Shown: piece after piece, positions 21,901 to 33,200 of the stretch
Numbering within the stretch: position 1 is the first letter of the stretch
How the letters are laid out: each line of letters opens with the position of its first letter
Assembly: GCA_020137815.1 (NCBI GenBank)
Contig: CM035357.1
Coordinates: 806,001-870,000 of the forward strand
Reading direction: 5' to 3'
DNA from: Hormiphora californensis
Taxonomy: Eukaryota > Animalia > Ctenophora
Length of the DNA: 64,000 nucleotides
Notes under the pieces: model-generated
Told to the model about the DNA's origin: nothing
What the model saw: only the letters and a program-made list of their open reading frames with translations
Databases searched by the model: none
Translations under genes and position numbers: made by a program

Positions 21901-23882
21901 GTATTTAGTAAATATTTACTCGGAGTTCACCTTTTTGTACAATCTAAGAAAGAAATTGTCGCGGATTAGCTGAAGATAAAAGTAATGTTTTCCTAATAAA
22001 TTGGAACTTTTCAGAGTCGTGCCGGTGTGTTACCCTTGAGTGGTGGTCGTGATGGACCAACCTTATTTTGTGGCCCCCTTCTCTCCGCCCCTGGTGGGTT
22101 ACCTTGTTATCCTAATTGTATATGACTCACAGAATCTGAGTTCGACCTTTTCACGGTCCCCTTGAAACGTTTAGCGAGGTCTTTGGGAATGGCCGTGGTA
22201 TAATGGTATTTAGTTTCCCATTTTGTCTCACTCGATATTATTTCGTTTAGCCGGAGTGGCATTAGTGGGGGATGTCGAGAGCTTCTCTAAAGCCGATACT
22301 GAATCTCTCTCCTCTGCTCTACAAAACAAAGCCGTTATTATTGGGAAACGAAAACACGAAGTAATAATACCTTCATTGATCCCTCTCAACTTGTGCAGGG
22401 TGTGCCTGATTTTGTGAACTCCACACTGATTGTGGAGCCGTGTGGAGTCGATAATATTTATGATAATACTCCTTTTTCTACCCCCTGCCTTTGTAACTAC
22501 CTATATTCATTCCCCAGATATTCCCTCTCAAGTCGTCTACTTATCCCCAGATATTCCCTCTCAAGTCGTCTATCTGGGGTTACCACCGGGAGGGATCAGG
22601 ACGGAGAAAGAACAAAGCAACCATGTCCTACCTATCTTGGGATATTGTTTATAATGTAAGTGGAGCCCCTTCTAGCCATTGAACCCCTCCCCTCCCTTAG
22701 ATAAAATCTTACAACTTGGACATTTCTTATCACGCAACGTAACTCCTCAGATTCGACACTCGAACAATCAAATCATCCCATTATGTGCCTATTATCTCTT
22801 CCTCTTCATGTGATCAGTCATAATCCCACAATTAATATCCCGTTTTGTTTTAGCCCGTAGCAGAGATGCCTGGAGAGGAGGATGCCCTACTGAATTCAGA
22901 TCAGGAAGTTGTGGAGAGCTTGGTACCTGAGTGTGATTTAGCATCATATCTCACCATTGCCTCCACAATTAACGTCCAGGTATAAACCTTACCATTGCCT
23001 CTACTATTAACGTCCAGGTATAAACCTTACCAAATGATATATACCTCTCTGTGGTCCTCCTGCCCATAGAATGTGCATTTGTAACACTCACATACACACA
23101 CACATTTGCAACACAAGTTCTTCCAACATTTTATAAGTTCTTCCTCCAACAACAAACTCCCAGTTTGACGAAGCGTGTACCCGGTTAATAGAGGGTTTCT
23201 GTGTTGCCGCTAAATCGGTGAGGTATGGTAGCGGTTGTGAGCTGCCCGTTAACGCCAGTTATACACTTCACCTCCTGGCAGGGAACCATGCCCGAATCAA
23301 TTTTAGAGAAACGGTATGTAAGGTTTGAAGGAGTTTGACGCCCCCTCCCCCCGTTTGATGTAGATCTTCTCCTTTTCATTTGGTCTGTCTGGCGCCGCGA
23401 CCCTATCTGAGCGCCGCCAGACAGCATTTGTTAAATAGTTTGAATCTCGACAATAACTTTGCGCTTTGTAGGTGTTAGATGTTGATGCGGTTGCAGCGTT
23501 GAAGCTGTACGATGAATGTCTATCATCTCACCAGCAGTATTCAACAGTGGATTCTCCCAAAACAACTCCCATCAAACCAGGTTAGGATTCAGAATTTAGA
23601 ATCCAGATCTTTTCGTGCGAAAACTTCCGGGTCGAAGAGTTGAGTACAGCTGCAGTAGGGACGGCAGTACAGCTTGGTATCAAAAGTAGAACCAGATGAA
23701 AACAAAGTGTGCAGTTTACTAACAGATTTCATAATTTCACTTTGTGATCACTAAACCAACCAGGTGAGGAGGAAGCGATAACAAGTGATAAGATCGACAG
23801 TGATATGGAGGAGTTCTACAGTCGAGTTGTTAACTTTTGTACCACCTATAATCCTGGTTTTATTGTTAACAATGAACAATGA
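6964..23882 (+). CDS. MCMDC2: MCM domain-containing protein 2 (meiotic MCM paralog), about 14-15 exons
   Basis: Phase-compatible GT-AG exons: 6964-7041 (MDDEPFHCLLYSWLLHCDSIGKLRNQ), 7736-7978, 8074-8192 (YTQSTKYRCPIETC), 15290-15498 (LRCLFCGEGLFEDVTSRVIG), 15743-15958, 21697-21896 (GAFHTLKQLLLLALIRT), 22015-22093, 22251-~22360 (GVALVGDV), unresolved exons 22399-22810, ~22864-22979, 23164-23313 (NHARINFRE), 23472-23580, 23764-23882. Collinear with human MCMDC2 as recalled (YTQGARFLCSDEAC, GTYNLLKLCLLMSLVQT, EAHARLNLRNKV). Confidence 0.85.
7073..7600 (-). mobile_element. Non-autonomous Helitron-like element in MCMDC2 intron 1 (5' end undefined; duplicate starts at 1817)
   Basis: Minus strand reads ttcgccc-gta-gggcgaa (hairpin), 8 nt, CTAG, then T, which is the canonical Helitron 3' terminus. 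Confidence 0.55.
8590..9093 (-). CDS. Secreted F-type lectin (fucolectin/F5-8 type C-like) domain protein; intronless, nested antisense in MCMDC2 intron 3
   Basis: 167-aa ORF with signal peptide and F-lectin fold motifs: A-x-LSST, A-x-x-SIDGN, AHS, WLKV, V-V-IY, CG, C..LYEIEAFG. Confidence 0.8.
   Translation of the reverse strand: MANTLTLGLIIMAVINPTLCIKQSQVPFEDAKLSSTFRSEQASHSIDGNFGTYAHSECSTQAIWLKVLLRWPTWINHVVIYPTHTNNSHYYRFKGAQIYIEDMISGKEILCGTLTLDTVNASHTIKCGSVRLVKVVVIRQHQNTNACIHLYEIEAFGSSINECRYNK
9250..9645. repeat. Diverged ~150-200-bp direct duplication upstream of the nested lectin gene
   Basis: ctctccccct..cgatggaaga..tttagagagaat..gtgagcaagga..tatatccagagagagaattataagcat occurs twice. 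Confidence 0.75.
9701..9823. mobile_element. Small MITE with ~26-bp TIRs
   Basis: taaagtgcgtttcaaacgacttgacc ... ggtcaagtcgcttgaaacggacttta. Confidence 0.6.
9995..10844. mobile_element. Tc1/pogo(Tigger)-type MITE, TA TSD
   Basis: TA|cagtcggaccccgatttaacggc ... gccgttaaatcggggtccgactg|TA; a one-ended relative is at 52700-52775. Confidence 0.9.
10862..11123. mobile_element. Inverted-repeat element (~81-bp arms), probable Penelope pseudo-LTR remnant
   Basis: 10862-10943 is the reverse complement of 11043-11123; a decayed hammerhead-like core ctgacga-(ggg..ccc)-gcag-cgtc overlaps the right arm. Confidence 0.5.
11150..13118 (-). mobile_element. Helentron/DINE-like non-autonomous element with an internal 163-bp tandem array (about 8 copies, 11150-~12520)
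   Basis: Terminal gccagtgcagt (13105-13115) with inverted partner actgcactggc (12956-12966), a (GTAT)n microsatellite at 12743-12766, then 163-bp repeats starting 11151, 11314, 11477, 11640...; matches the DINE-1/HINE layout. Other end is missing. Confidence 0.65.
13223..15269. mobile_element. Non-coding element X, copy 1 (TA-flanked, asymmetric subterminal inverted repeats, terminal hairpin)
   Basis: Same ends as copy 2 (56749-61328): TA|tttaggtgccggcaggcacct-ccgacccgaag ... cttcgggtcgga..gcgaaca|TA. Confidence 0.85.
17087..20290 (-). CDS. LINE ORF2: APE endonuclease plus reverse transcriptase
   Basis: 1067 aa uninterrupted; NETWL, GGGVL, GDFN, LDL, SDH (APE); NYRPISLT, QHGF, DFSKAFD, GVPQGS, YADD (RT). 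Confidence 0.97.
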   Translation of the reverse strand: MHSLVLVDIYNDLLTPACPFPLTAMTMFMNVDAGDGVTGRRRYCCSCYDEVCLPLSACPPFPLSIINLMLVVISNVSIQNPGPRQLKVLYNNVQGLVRTGHLDSDSPPLDMTKVGEIRDFVYRHDFDIVIFNETWLKVKISSSCIFPRNFKVYRVDRSEQSHPHDPSNPRKFRRNGGGVLIAHKEDLDVSSFKFSKVSVRAELLSIFLSFPSGKKLCISTFYRVGNLGSVNFNSFKEHFDILFQSRKFCMHVIIGDFNFPGIIWPEAQPRSGVEELFLSYLMGDLGHSQFINSPTHCKGNTLDLLFSNDPRCVSNISIHDQHELCLSDHFAISFNINFDVKRTTVVRRKIKCFDLANWEGFKADLSFIDWLRVLSGDIHSNWDAFHSLINDLSETHIPTKITKPSLAPLGRDMEWEHARKRKENLRLRAKRTGSEIDLSNWKAARASLKRLEDVKLRGSLDMDNRDSVSKRFWGQVKVNSKTTRIPPIVNNGEVFRSSGVEQANLFNECFASNFSTASDYSVLPDITDNGYVMEFSASEIYDVLSKLNARKAAGPDDIHSVIYKECAGPLAHPLSILYNQAYNSSALPNIWKAANVVPVHKSGDTKDVRNYRPISLTCIIMKILERLIYNRLLSVCISKLDSRQHGFLPGRSCLTQLVLFLDDLISNDNERVATDIIYFDFSKAFDSVNHDLILSKIRNRFGIDGKLLGLIRVYLMGRTQRVVVGGCFSSFLSVLSGVPQGSLLGPLLFVMFIDDITECLVGNTKMLLYADDLKVWSKVACLQEHLDLQFTVDCLQSWAVTNKMVFHPGKCKVVSTRTSYWVATWSQLPFYLYSYKLAGVVLDNVDIQRDLGIYVCRDLDWRYHCQYILGKFTDRFNLLRRTMYMIVNPHQKRTLYVTLVRSFLEHCSPIWTPHHVGVLNDLEAAQKRCIKWVYGVSPLDSWSERDYYDKLVTLRILPIREQFYFNDMKLLFKIIHGLAPYGLPGYICYILPTDYSYRSRLNKDIVDGVDTTTIKCTVDPCTSTFRNSFFYRSVKAWNSIPYEIRQATSYDSFCLRFKCHIFNSLGD
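20542..21414 (-). CDS. LINE ORF1 (coiled coil plus RRM-like domain)
   Basis: 290 aa upstream of ORF2; heptads LSNQVASLSERMDRLES, then NTVIISGL..ICHR..PRTVTVVF. Confidence 0.85.
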   Translation of the reverse strand: MTQHDHATRLNAKHLANNEPAGTPPATVTLDSTTTSTGINFLCSDAGAQITTTDQLCALLPGADTAQLLLGMIGEFHAERKLRLELSNQVASLSERMDRLESDRKEGVSGTRGVEIEDHIRAHEERHLRSEAYSGRNTVIISGLQDPGSEETAADLQEQVLDTLSVAHTNIGPTDLSICHRNAPRRGKDKGKPRTVTVVFLRASLKDTIMTKDNRGKIRNRITYHQTGKKSGGIFHRMSRGLVERKEALENVPGVLWAYFSGHHLFTVKIKKEDGTEDIRHNIISEEQLL

Positions 23883-24278
23883 GCGTGTGTCAACTGAGTT
23901 GTTTTTGAATTCTGATGTCTAAACTCTGAGTAAAAGTCTGTTGTCTTAAAGTGTTGTAAATTGTTGTAAGATCATCATCTGTCAATATATGTTAAAAATT
24001 TCAATCAATTCCAATTTCAATTAATAGTTTAATCTGTCTTTATCTCAACTCCCTGCACACAATAATGAAACTTCCCTATTGCTTTTCTCGACCCTCTCTA
24101 ACCGTGAACCCCTATCAACAACTTCCCTGTAACCCTGGTTATGCAGTATCCTAATTTCTCAAACTTCCCACATAGCTCCCCCTAACAATGTTAGTATGTA
24201 ACTTCCCGTCTTCCCACAATATAGCTATCCGACACAGCACCTTCTAACATCACCGACTTCATATTAGCTATCCCAAGG

Positions 24279-27200
24279 ATGGCGGAGAGTGTCAAAGTCA
24301 TTGTGCGATGTCGACCAATGAACGAACGGGAACGCAACCTCAACTGCAAGGCGTGTGTATCGTGTGATGATAAGATCAATCGTGTCAGTATTTTCAAGAA
24401 CGAAGATAAAACAACTCCTCCAAAGAACTTTACATTCGATGGAGCGTATTATACTAACAGTACCACGAAACAGATTTATGAGGATGTGGCTTTTGCGCTG
24501 GTTGATGGAGTACTGGAGGGCTACAATGGAACAGGTAGGAATGTTGTATAGGTCAATTATTACAAAGGAAAAGTTTTCAAAAAGAGGTACAATTGTTTCA
24601 CAAAATTAATTAATCATCAGCTCAAGGTTATATTTTATGGTCATTGGTCAATTGATCACAATAATTTCCTTCAGATGGTAGAATTAACCTTTCTCAATTT
24701 TGAAAAAGCTCTCCTCTCCTCTCTTCAAACACCTTTCCTCCCCTCTCTTCACAGTTTTTGCCTACGGTCAAACGGGATGTGGAAAGTCATTTTCAATGCA
24801 AGGAATTACAGATCCACCCGAGCAGAGAGGAATCATTCCCCGGGCATTTGAGCACATTTTCGAAGCTATAGATGTTGATGAAGAAGGAACAAAGTTCCTT
24901 GTTCAAGCGAGTTATCTGGAGATCTATAATGAGGAAATACGGGACCTGCTGGGTAAGTTTTTTAGTTACCATGGTTACCAGTGATGGGTAAGTTGTTTAT
25001 TAGTTACCATGGTTACCAGTGAACTTTTTAAACTAATAGGCACTGGAAGTCTAAATACCGCCTGAAAGCAGAAGACTAGTATAAAACATGACATTTCTTC
25101 CAGGCAAGGACACGAAAGCTAAATTGGAACTCCGGGAATCACCGGATAAGGGTGTTTACACACAGGGGCTCTCCCAACACATAGTCAAAAGTATCTCAGA
25201 GTGTATCAAGCTAATGGATAAAGGTTGGATGTCCCGATCTACTGGAGCTACACTGATGAATGCTGAGTCGTCAAGGTAACTAATATTGGTTACCATAGCA
25301 ACTCATTGGTTGACATGGTAACTAATATTGGTTACCATAGTAATTTCCTCTAATTGATAGTTTCCTGGTAAAGCTGTTTCTCAATCCCATGATCTTCCTG
25401 CAGGTCCCATTCCATATTTGCAATCCGGATAGAGATGTGCAACACAGATGAGGCAAATGCTGATGATGAGAAAATTAAAGTTGGAAAACTCAACCTTGTC
25501 GATTTGGCTGGATCGGAACGACAGGGAAAAACAGGTAAACTTGACACCATGACCCCCTTCTGGCCATAACATAATAATCAAGATCACTGTTACCTACAAA
25601 ATAACTGTTGGTGGAAACCGTATTTTAACAGCTTTAGATAAAATCTAAAATCCTTTGCTTCAGGTGCAACTGGTGATAGGTTGAGGGAGGCTACCAAAAT
25701 CAACCTCTCCCTCTCGGCCCTTGGTAATGTCATCTCTGCGCTGGTAGATGGGAAATCAAAACACATACCCTATCGAGACAGCAAACTGACTCGGCTACTT
25801 CAGGTATAATAACAGTGGGAAGAGGGTACGTCAGGGTACTAGTAGATCTGCCTAGTACCTGCATGCGGTAAATATCTAGAAATTGAGGTTACCTATCGTA
25901 CTAACTTTTCTTATCCCTTCATATCTTATACATTCTTTCTAGTTTCTTTCTGTTTTTCCCATGTTACTAATGGTGCTGATTATTTGTGGTTAACCCCATT
26001 TTAGGATTCCCTCGGTGGAAATACCAAGACGATGATGGTGGCATGCATATCTCCAGCTGATAACAACTATGATGAAACAATGAGTACCCTCCGCTATGCC
26101 AACAGAGCGAAGAACATCAAGAACAAACCGAAGATCAACGAGGTACGTCAAGGTTACCATGCCACCATGGGGTGTTACCGTGGTTACCATGGGGTGTTAC
26201 CATGGGGTGTTATCACGTGGTGTAACAATTATAATACCCATGAACATATTATGAAGATCTAGAACAATCGCCTCAGCTCATTTTACTGTTCAAGAATTAA
26301 TAAATCCAGTGATATTCACCTCTCTCTCTACCAGGACCCCAAGGATGCATTACTCCGAGAGTACCAGGCTGAGATTGAGAAACTGAAAGCAATGCTGGAA
26401 GGGAGGATGCCAATGACCCTAGAACAGGCTCCCCCTCCCCCTGCTGTTGTGACAGAAGAAGACGATTCGATGAGGCGAGAGTACGAGGAACAAATCGAAA
26501 TGCTTAATGTAAGTTATTTGTGTAAATTTGTAACGAATCGGTTTGAGCAGCATATAAATCGATTTATTAATTACTTGATTAACGAATTAATTGCAGAGGA
26601 AACCTAGGAATATGGGGCTAATCATCTTCGTTTTCCCCATTACTCTTCACATTTGTCTCCCTGTCTATGAAGTGTAATGAGATCGACACATGCATGTTAC
26701 ATGTTGCACTCGACTGTGTAATCTGTGACGTGCCCCTCTGACGATATATTGTAGGGTAAGCTGGGGTGAAATGGCCCGCGGGGTAAAGTGGCCCATGTAT
26801 GGGGCAAAGTGGCCTTAGTTATTACATGTGGTCACGTGACTTTTTCTCCAGCGGAGACCTGCTCGTTCTGTTCCAAATTTTCGCTTTAAAACTGCTGTCA
26901 TTTCTGTTTGGGTTGGCCGATTTTAATTTTGCAAAAACTGCCAGTTAGGCTTTATAATCCTCTAAAACGTGGTATAAAAATTTTTGAAGAAATTGGCATT
27001 TTTGTTGTCTTAATTGTCAATTTTGTGAAATCGGGGCGAATATGGCCCACTCTCCGGGGCAAAGTGGTCCGGTCTGGGGCAAAGTGGCCCACCTCTAGGA
27101 CCAATGAAATGGCGCCTGCAATACCACGTGATATTGGAATGCACAAAAATGTAGTACAGACGATCAAATTAGGGGCAAAGTGGCCCATGTTCCGGTGCAG

Positions 27201-30200
27201 AACATGGGCCACTTTGCCCCTAGTTTGATCGTTTCGTCTAACAACACCAGGCACGTGATAAAATCGAGCAATGCTATTGGCTTGGGCCACTTTGCCCCGG
27301 TGCAAATTTTCCAAAAAACGCCTCACCAAACTATTTGAATTGATTAATTAACCCATTAAATAAAACTTGTAGATATTAAAATTTAGCTCGGCTGAAAGGA
27401 AAAGGTTTCATTGGATAGCCTATATAATTTTTTTCTTCCTGCTGTATAAATTGCGTATTTTAGAACCTAAAACGTTAAAAGTGGGCCACTTTTACCCCAG
27501 CTTACCCTAGAGAAATTGTAAAGAAAAGAGGGCCGGAGTTATGACTGCCTTTCTCGATCCTCTCTCTGTCCTTGAACAAAACAGAGTAATAGGGTAAAAA
27601 GTATTCTGGAAAGTATCCTACTGTTCTGAAATAATGTGTTCTAAAATAATGTGTTCTAACAGACGAACAAACTCTAATGTGTTGCTCAAGCTGTATAGCT
27701 CACTTTGAAATGACACCTTGTACGTAGATCAGAGTCTTACTTCAAATGATCGCAGCTTATTCCGTGGAACTTATATATTTTCAGTTTTTGAAGTATCGTG
27801 AATAATGCTCTTGGACCACCTATGTTAAGTAACAAATTCTCAATTTTCAAATCAAATCAATTTCTCTCAAATCAATTTCTCCTCAGCAAAAATACGAAGA
27901 CGAGAAGATGAGTAAGATAAGGTTGAATGAAGAGATGGAGAAACTGAGACAGGAGTATGAGGAGAGAAAGAGTGAGAGTTCAACCACCCTCACGACCACT
28001 ACTACATCGACATCAGCTGCCGGCAAGATAACTTCTGACATGTAAGATGTTGTTTTTTTTCAAACCGATTTTATTGAATCAAATGGGATACGAGGGTCGA
28101 TCAAGGCTTACATAAAATGATGGATGATGGCTGGGATTTGACATCATGGAGATGGGTGAAGGAGGTTGTCATGTTACGACCCTCCTTTTATACCGGGGAG
28201 CGGTGAGAGAGGGCTGAGCAACGCAAGGGGGAGGGTTTATGGGTACTTGAGCTGCAACCGACCAAACAATTATTGTTCCTAAAATGTCTACAAAATAAAA
28301 TGCATTCATTCCTCTCTAGGGCCCTGTCTCCCATCGGTAGTCTTTCCTCTACACCAACTGCAGCTGCTGTTACTACCCAGGAGATGGCAATGGGAACCTC
28401 CCCTCTCTCTCCAATGATGGATAATGTGGAAGATATTGTTACTCACATGATGTCATCGGTAAGTTTGTTTAAACCCTTTTTACCGTCGCGTGGTGCGGTG
28501 AGACAGGTTCGAACCAGGTAATAGTTAGGTTCCTAATTCTGGGAACCAAATGTATCCTTGAATCGAGGTTAAAAAGCACATAGTTTGTAACTAACTGAGA
28601 CACTGATATCTTCTTCTTTTTGAGGAATTATGACATCGTTTTGCTGCAGGTCGAGACACCAGACGAGGGAATGGACGTACAGAGTGTTACTAGCTCGTTA
28701 GCCTATACTCCACTACCTGATAACACAGAAATGACCGTTCAACTGACCATACAACAGGTACTGCAGTTGTCTTCCAAGTGTGTTAACAGTGATAACAGTG
28801 ATAACCTATTTGTATTGAAAGTCTTTGTACGAGTACATATTGTACTATCTGAGCCCAGCCGTTTGGATAAAACACTTTCTATTATCACACCATGGTTGAT
28901 GGTATCATACTCATTTCCCCCGGCAGGCGGAGGCGTTGACACCAAAACAACTGGCCTCCCTAACCCTGACGCCAGGACAAGTTAGAATATTAGGTTACGA
29001 TGGACCTATAACACCAGCGCACCTGGCATGTCTTGCCCTGACTCCTTCCCAAGTTGCTGGATTGGATCTAACAACAGAACAACGGTCATCTCTCTCAACC
29101 ACTCAGGCTAATGTGGTGAGTTGATGAAAGTGCAGAAAGACCCTCTTTCTCTCACTGCTGCATCACGTGAAGGGCAGTTTTTAGTCTCTTGTTTAGCTCA
29201 CAAGGTCTGTGAGGGTTCGGCAGATTAGTAATAAACTACCCTCAGTTTCAGAATATCATCTTCTAAACTACTCCCTTCATTCCCTGCCAGTTATCTGCAG
29301 TTGATGAACAATGTGAGAGATTGGCTTACAACCAGTTGGTCGCCTATGTGGATCTCCTCAAAAATACCCGACCTCTTTCTCTCGATTTCGACCAGGCTCA
29401 GACGCTCACAAAGGCACAATTGGGTGCTCTTGTTCTGAATAAGGATCAGTCAAAGGAATTCGGGGGTGCTACTAATGCCCAGGTGGGACCATCTGTTGGT
29501 AACGAAGTTACCCCTCCCTTGCCGGCGCGCAAAGCGCACCAAACGAAGGCCGCGAGTGTGAGGTGTCTTCGATACCAAGACCATCTGGGAGTAGGGAGAT
29601 ACACCGAAAGATATTATCTTATATATCTAACTATGTCAGTGACATGCATTAATATTTGACAAAATGTGCCATTTGGCCATTTGAGTTTGGAGTGTATGTC
29701 TGGAGCGCGCGAAGCTTCATTTCAGTTGAAATGGCACATCGCCTACACTGTGCCGCGCACCGCGCACAGCCATTCTTATAATTTTAGATCGGGAACTGAG
29801 TTTCCGGGGACCTCAAATCCAAACAAACGCATTGACATGTTCCCAGTCTGTCGGCTCTCACACCGGGCCGAACAAACAGACTGCGTAGCATGGCAACAAA
29901 TGCAGGCCTCCTATAACACAACGCTAAACACTTACGAGACAGTATGAACATCTGAATCCAGATGATAATAAATCCCTTCAGGAGCTAACATTGGAAGAGA
30001 TAAGTCAGCTGAAGCTGAGTCCTGGACAAATCGCCCAGTTACGATTGACTGATGACCAAATATCTGAACTGGATGAAACGCAGTATGAGGTTGGTGAGAG
30101 ATAGAGAGAGGAGGTAATATTGAGTTTGCATTATGGCCTATACAGACTTTATCCCTGCAAGGAAAACTATGGGGCCTATCATTGATGGATAGTATCGACT

Positions 30201-33200
30201 CGTGTTCTAGAATGATCTATTCGTTATTTAGGACGATCTGAAACTCTAGATACAGCCTTGCTATGTTCTAACCCGCCCGAAACACAGTCTAGCCAGGCAA
30301 ATACAGCCTAGATACAACAACTAACATCATATTACTCTCCTTTCAGACTGTTATGAAAGTGTCCAAGTTGCTGGAGAAACAGGAGTTAATGAATGTGCTA
30401 AGTGACCCCCATCTACAAACTATACCGACCGTCACGGTAATTAATCAATTAGTTTATCAAGTAATTAATTAATTAACTTATATAAATTAACTAAGCGTGT
30501 TCCGAAACAATGTATACTTAGAGTATCCAAATGATTCTAACGCGATATCTGATCCGAGGCAGTATCTAACAACTCTAATTCCCACTCAGTTAACATCGTC
30601 TAGTAATGTATCTAACAACTCTAATTCCCCCTCAGTTGACATCGTCTAGTAATGTATTTAACAACTCTAATTCCCCCTCAGTTAACATCGTCTAGTAATG
30701 TATCTAACAACTCTAATTCCCACTCAGTTAACATCGTCTAGTAATGTATCTAACAACTCTAATTCCCCCTCAGTTAACATCGTCTAGTAATGTATCTAAC
30801 AACTCTAATTCCCACTCAGTTAACATCGTCTAGTAATGTATCTAACAACTCTAATTCCCACTCAGTTAACATCGTCTAGTAATGTATCTAACAACTCTAA
30901 TTCCCCCTCAGTTAACATCGTCTAGTAATGTATCTAACAACTCTAATTCCCCCTCAGTTAACATCGTCTAGTAATGTATCTAACAACTCTAATTCCCACT
31001 CAGTTAACATCGTCTAGTAATGTATCTAACAACTCTAATTCCCCCTCAGTTAACATCGTCTAGTAATGTATCTAACAACTCTAATTCCCCCTCAGTTAAC
31101 ATCGTCTAGTAATGTATCTAACAACTCTAATTCCCACTCAGTTAACATCGTCTAGTAATGTATCTAACAACTCTAATTCCCACTCAGTTAACATCGTCTA
31201 GTAATGTATCTAACAACTCTAATTCCCCCTCAGTTAACATCGTCTAGTAATGTATCTAACAACTCTAATTCCCCCTCAGTTAACATCGTCTAGTAATGTA
31301 TCTAACAACTCTAATTCCCACTCAGTTAACATCGTCTAGTAATGTATCTAACAACTCTAATTCCCACTCAGTTAACATCGTCTAGTAATGTATCTAACAA
31401 CTCTAATTCCCCCTCAGTTAACATCGTCTAGTAATGTATTTAACAACTCTAATTCCCCCTCAGTTAACATCGTCTAGTAATGTATCTAACAACTCTAATT
31501 CCCCCTCAGTTAACATCGTCTAGTAATGTATTTAACAACTCTAATTCCCCCTCAGTTAACATCGTCTAGTAATGTATTTAACAACTCACATTCCCCCTCA
31601 GTTGACATCGTCTCAAGTTACTCAGCTGGATCCACAGCTAGTTGAGAGTCTACCAATAACGGAGGGACAGGAGAAAATAATTAAGGAATTCAAGGATTCA
31701 TTCACCCATGTCGGTAGGTTTTATTTTGTTGCCACAGTATTACACGACTAGTTCACTTCTCACCAACTGTTGTCTGTTATGAAACTTCTTTTCTGATCTG
31801 CATTTCCCCTTCAGAAATGTCGGATCTAGACCTCCTGCCCCTTCTTCCTCACCAAGTAAAACATCTGAAGGTGGATGAATCGTGCAGTCTGGATGCTGAA
31901 CAAACTAAAAAGGTAGCCTTAATTAGGGGCACTCTAGCAGGGTACTTTAGGGTAATGTGGGGAGATCCTAGTAGCGGCTTTTATGTTTTGAGTAAGGGCT
32001 ATTCCCGGGCTACTACATAATAGACTAATGCACTACTATTGTCTAACAGCTCCTCCTATATTTTCCAGGTTGGTAAGGCAATGGAGACTCAGACCTATCT
32101 GGAGAGTTCTGCAATCGCTACCATGTGTGATTTAGAGGAGGGTTTAACTAAGACAGTTACCCTCACTCCCGCCGAGGCAGCTGTCATAACAAAGGAACAA
32201 TTCGCTAAAATCCAGGTATACAGTGCATTCAGCATTGTCTACAGCCTATCAATTCAGGTAGGTTTGGTGATCAAATATGATCTAAGAGTTGATAACCCGT
32301 AACTTATACTGTTCATAAACCATACTGCTGTTCTCAATTTATCAGGGTCAGGCGTTCGCCAGTCACACGAGGTAGTATGAATACAAACCCTAGGACTACG
32401 ACCGTATATAATACTGTTTTTGTAAACAGTATTATCAGCTAGATCGACAACGAATTTTTTCTGTGCAAACAAAACGATGTTAATTTGAAAGTTACCCTTC
32501 CCAGGTGGCGGTTTCCAAACCAGTCTCCATGACCCGGGCAGATGAAGCAGTGACCTTGACTCCCATTGAAATCCACCAAATGGAACTGTCTGACGAGCAA
32601 AAGGAACAGATCAAAGCAAAGAAAGTTAAACGGATCGAGAAACACGGCAAGGCAATTAAAAAGGTAGGGAGTGGGAAAATGGTGGGGTATATCGTGTCAT
32701 GCCCATAGCCGTATTTTGCTAGCATACATTATATAACGTTATCACAATTTCAACCAAATACAGAATAACCACTAATTAAGGGTACGCTAACCAAAATTTT
32801 TTTTCGAGTGCAGGGAAATGTCTCACCGTAGGGTTGTAGGCCATGCCAAGGAGACCTCAAATATGCAATTTGAGCTCTCAAGTCGAATTCACATTTTTGC
32901 TACAGCTGCTTGAAAAATGAACTGAAAATAAGTTTTTGGCATCTTAAAAATACATTTGTAAAGATAGGATCATAAAAATTTGTGGATTTGAAGAGGACAA
33001 ATTTTTGAAATCCGAGCTGATTTCCGGTCCTGAGGTGGATTTCTTTTTTTCCACTTTAACGCCCTATTTGGCAAAGTTCCGAAAACATGTGAAAGCTGTA
33101 AATTGGTGAAAAGTTGCGTCTAACGATTATCTAAGTGGCCATAAATTTTGGGCGTGTCCTTATTTGAGATAAGCTGTACAGAGTTTTTTTGTGAAAGCCG

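Noticed and set aside
30560-31612. CRISPR-like array (also 4336-4870, 11150-12520, 34853-35148)
   Set aside because: Head-to-tail repeats with no unique spacers, no cas genes, and a eukaryotic intronic context.
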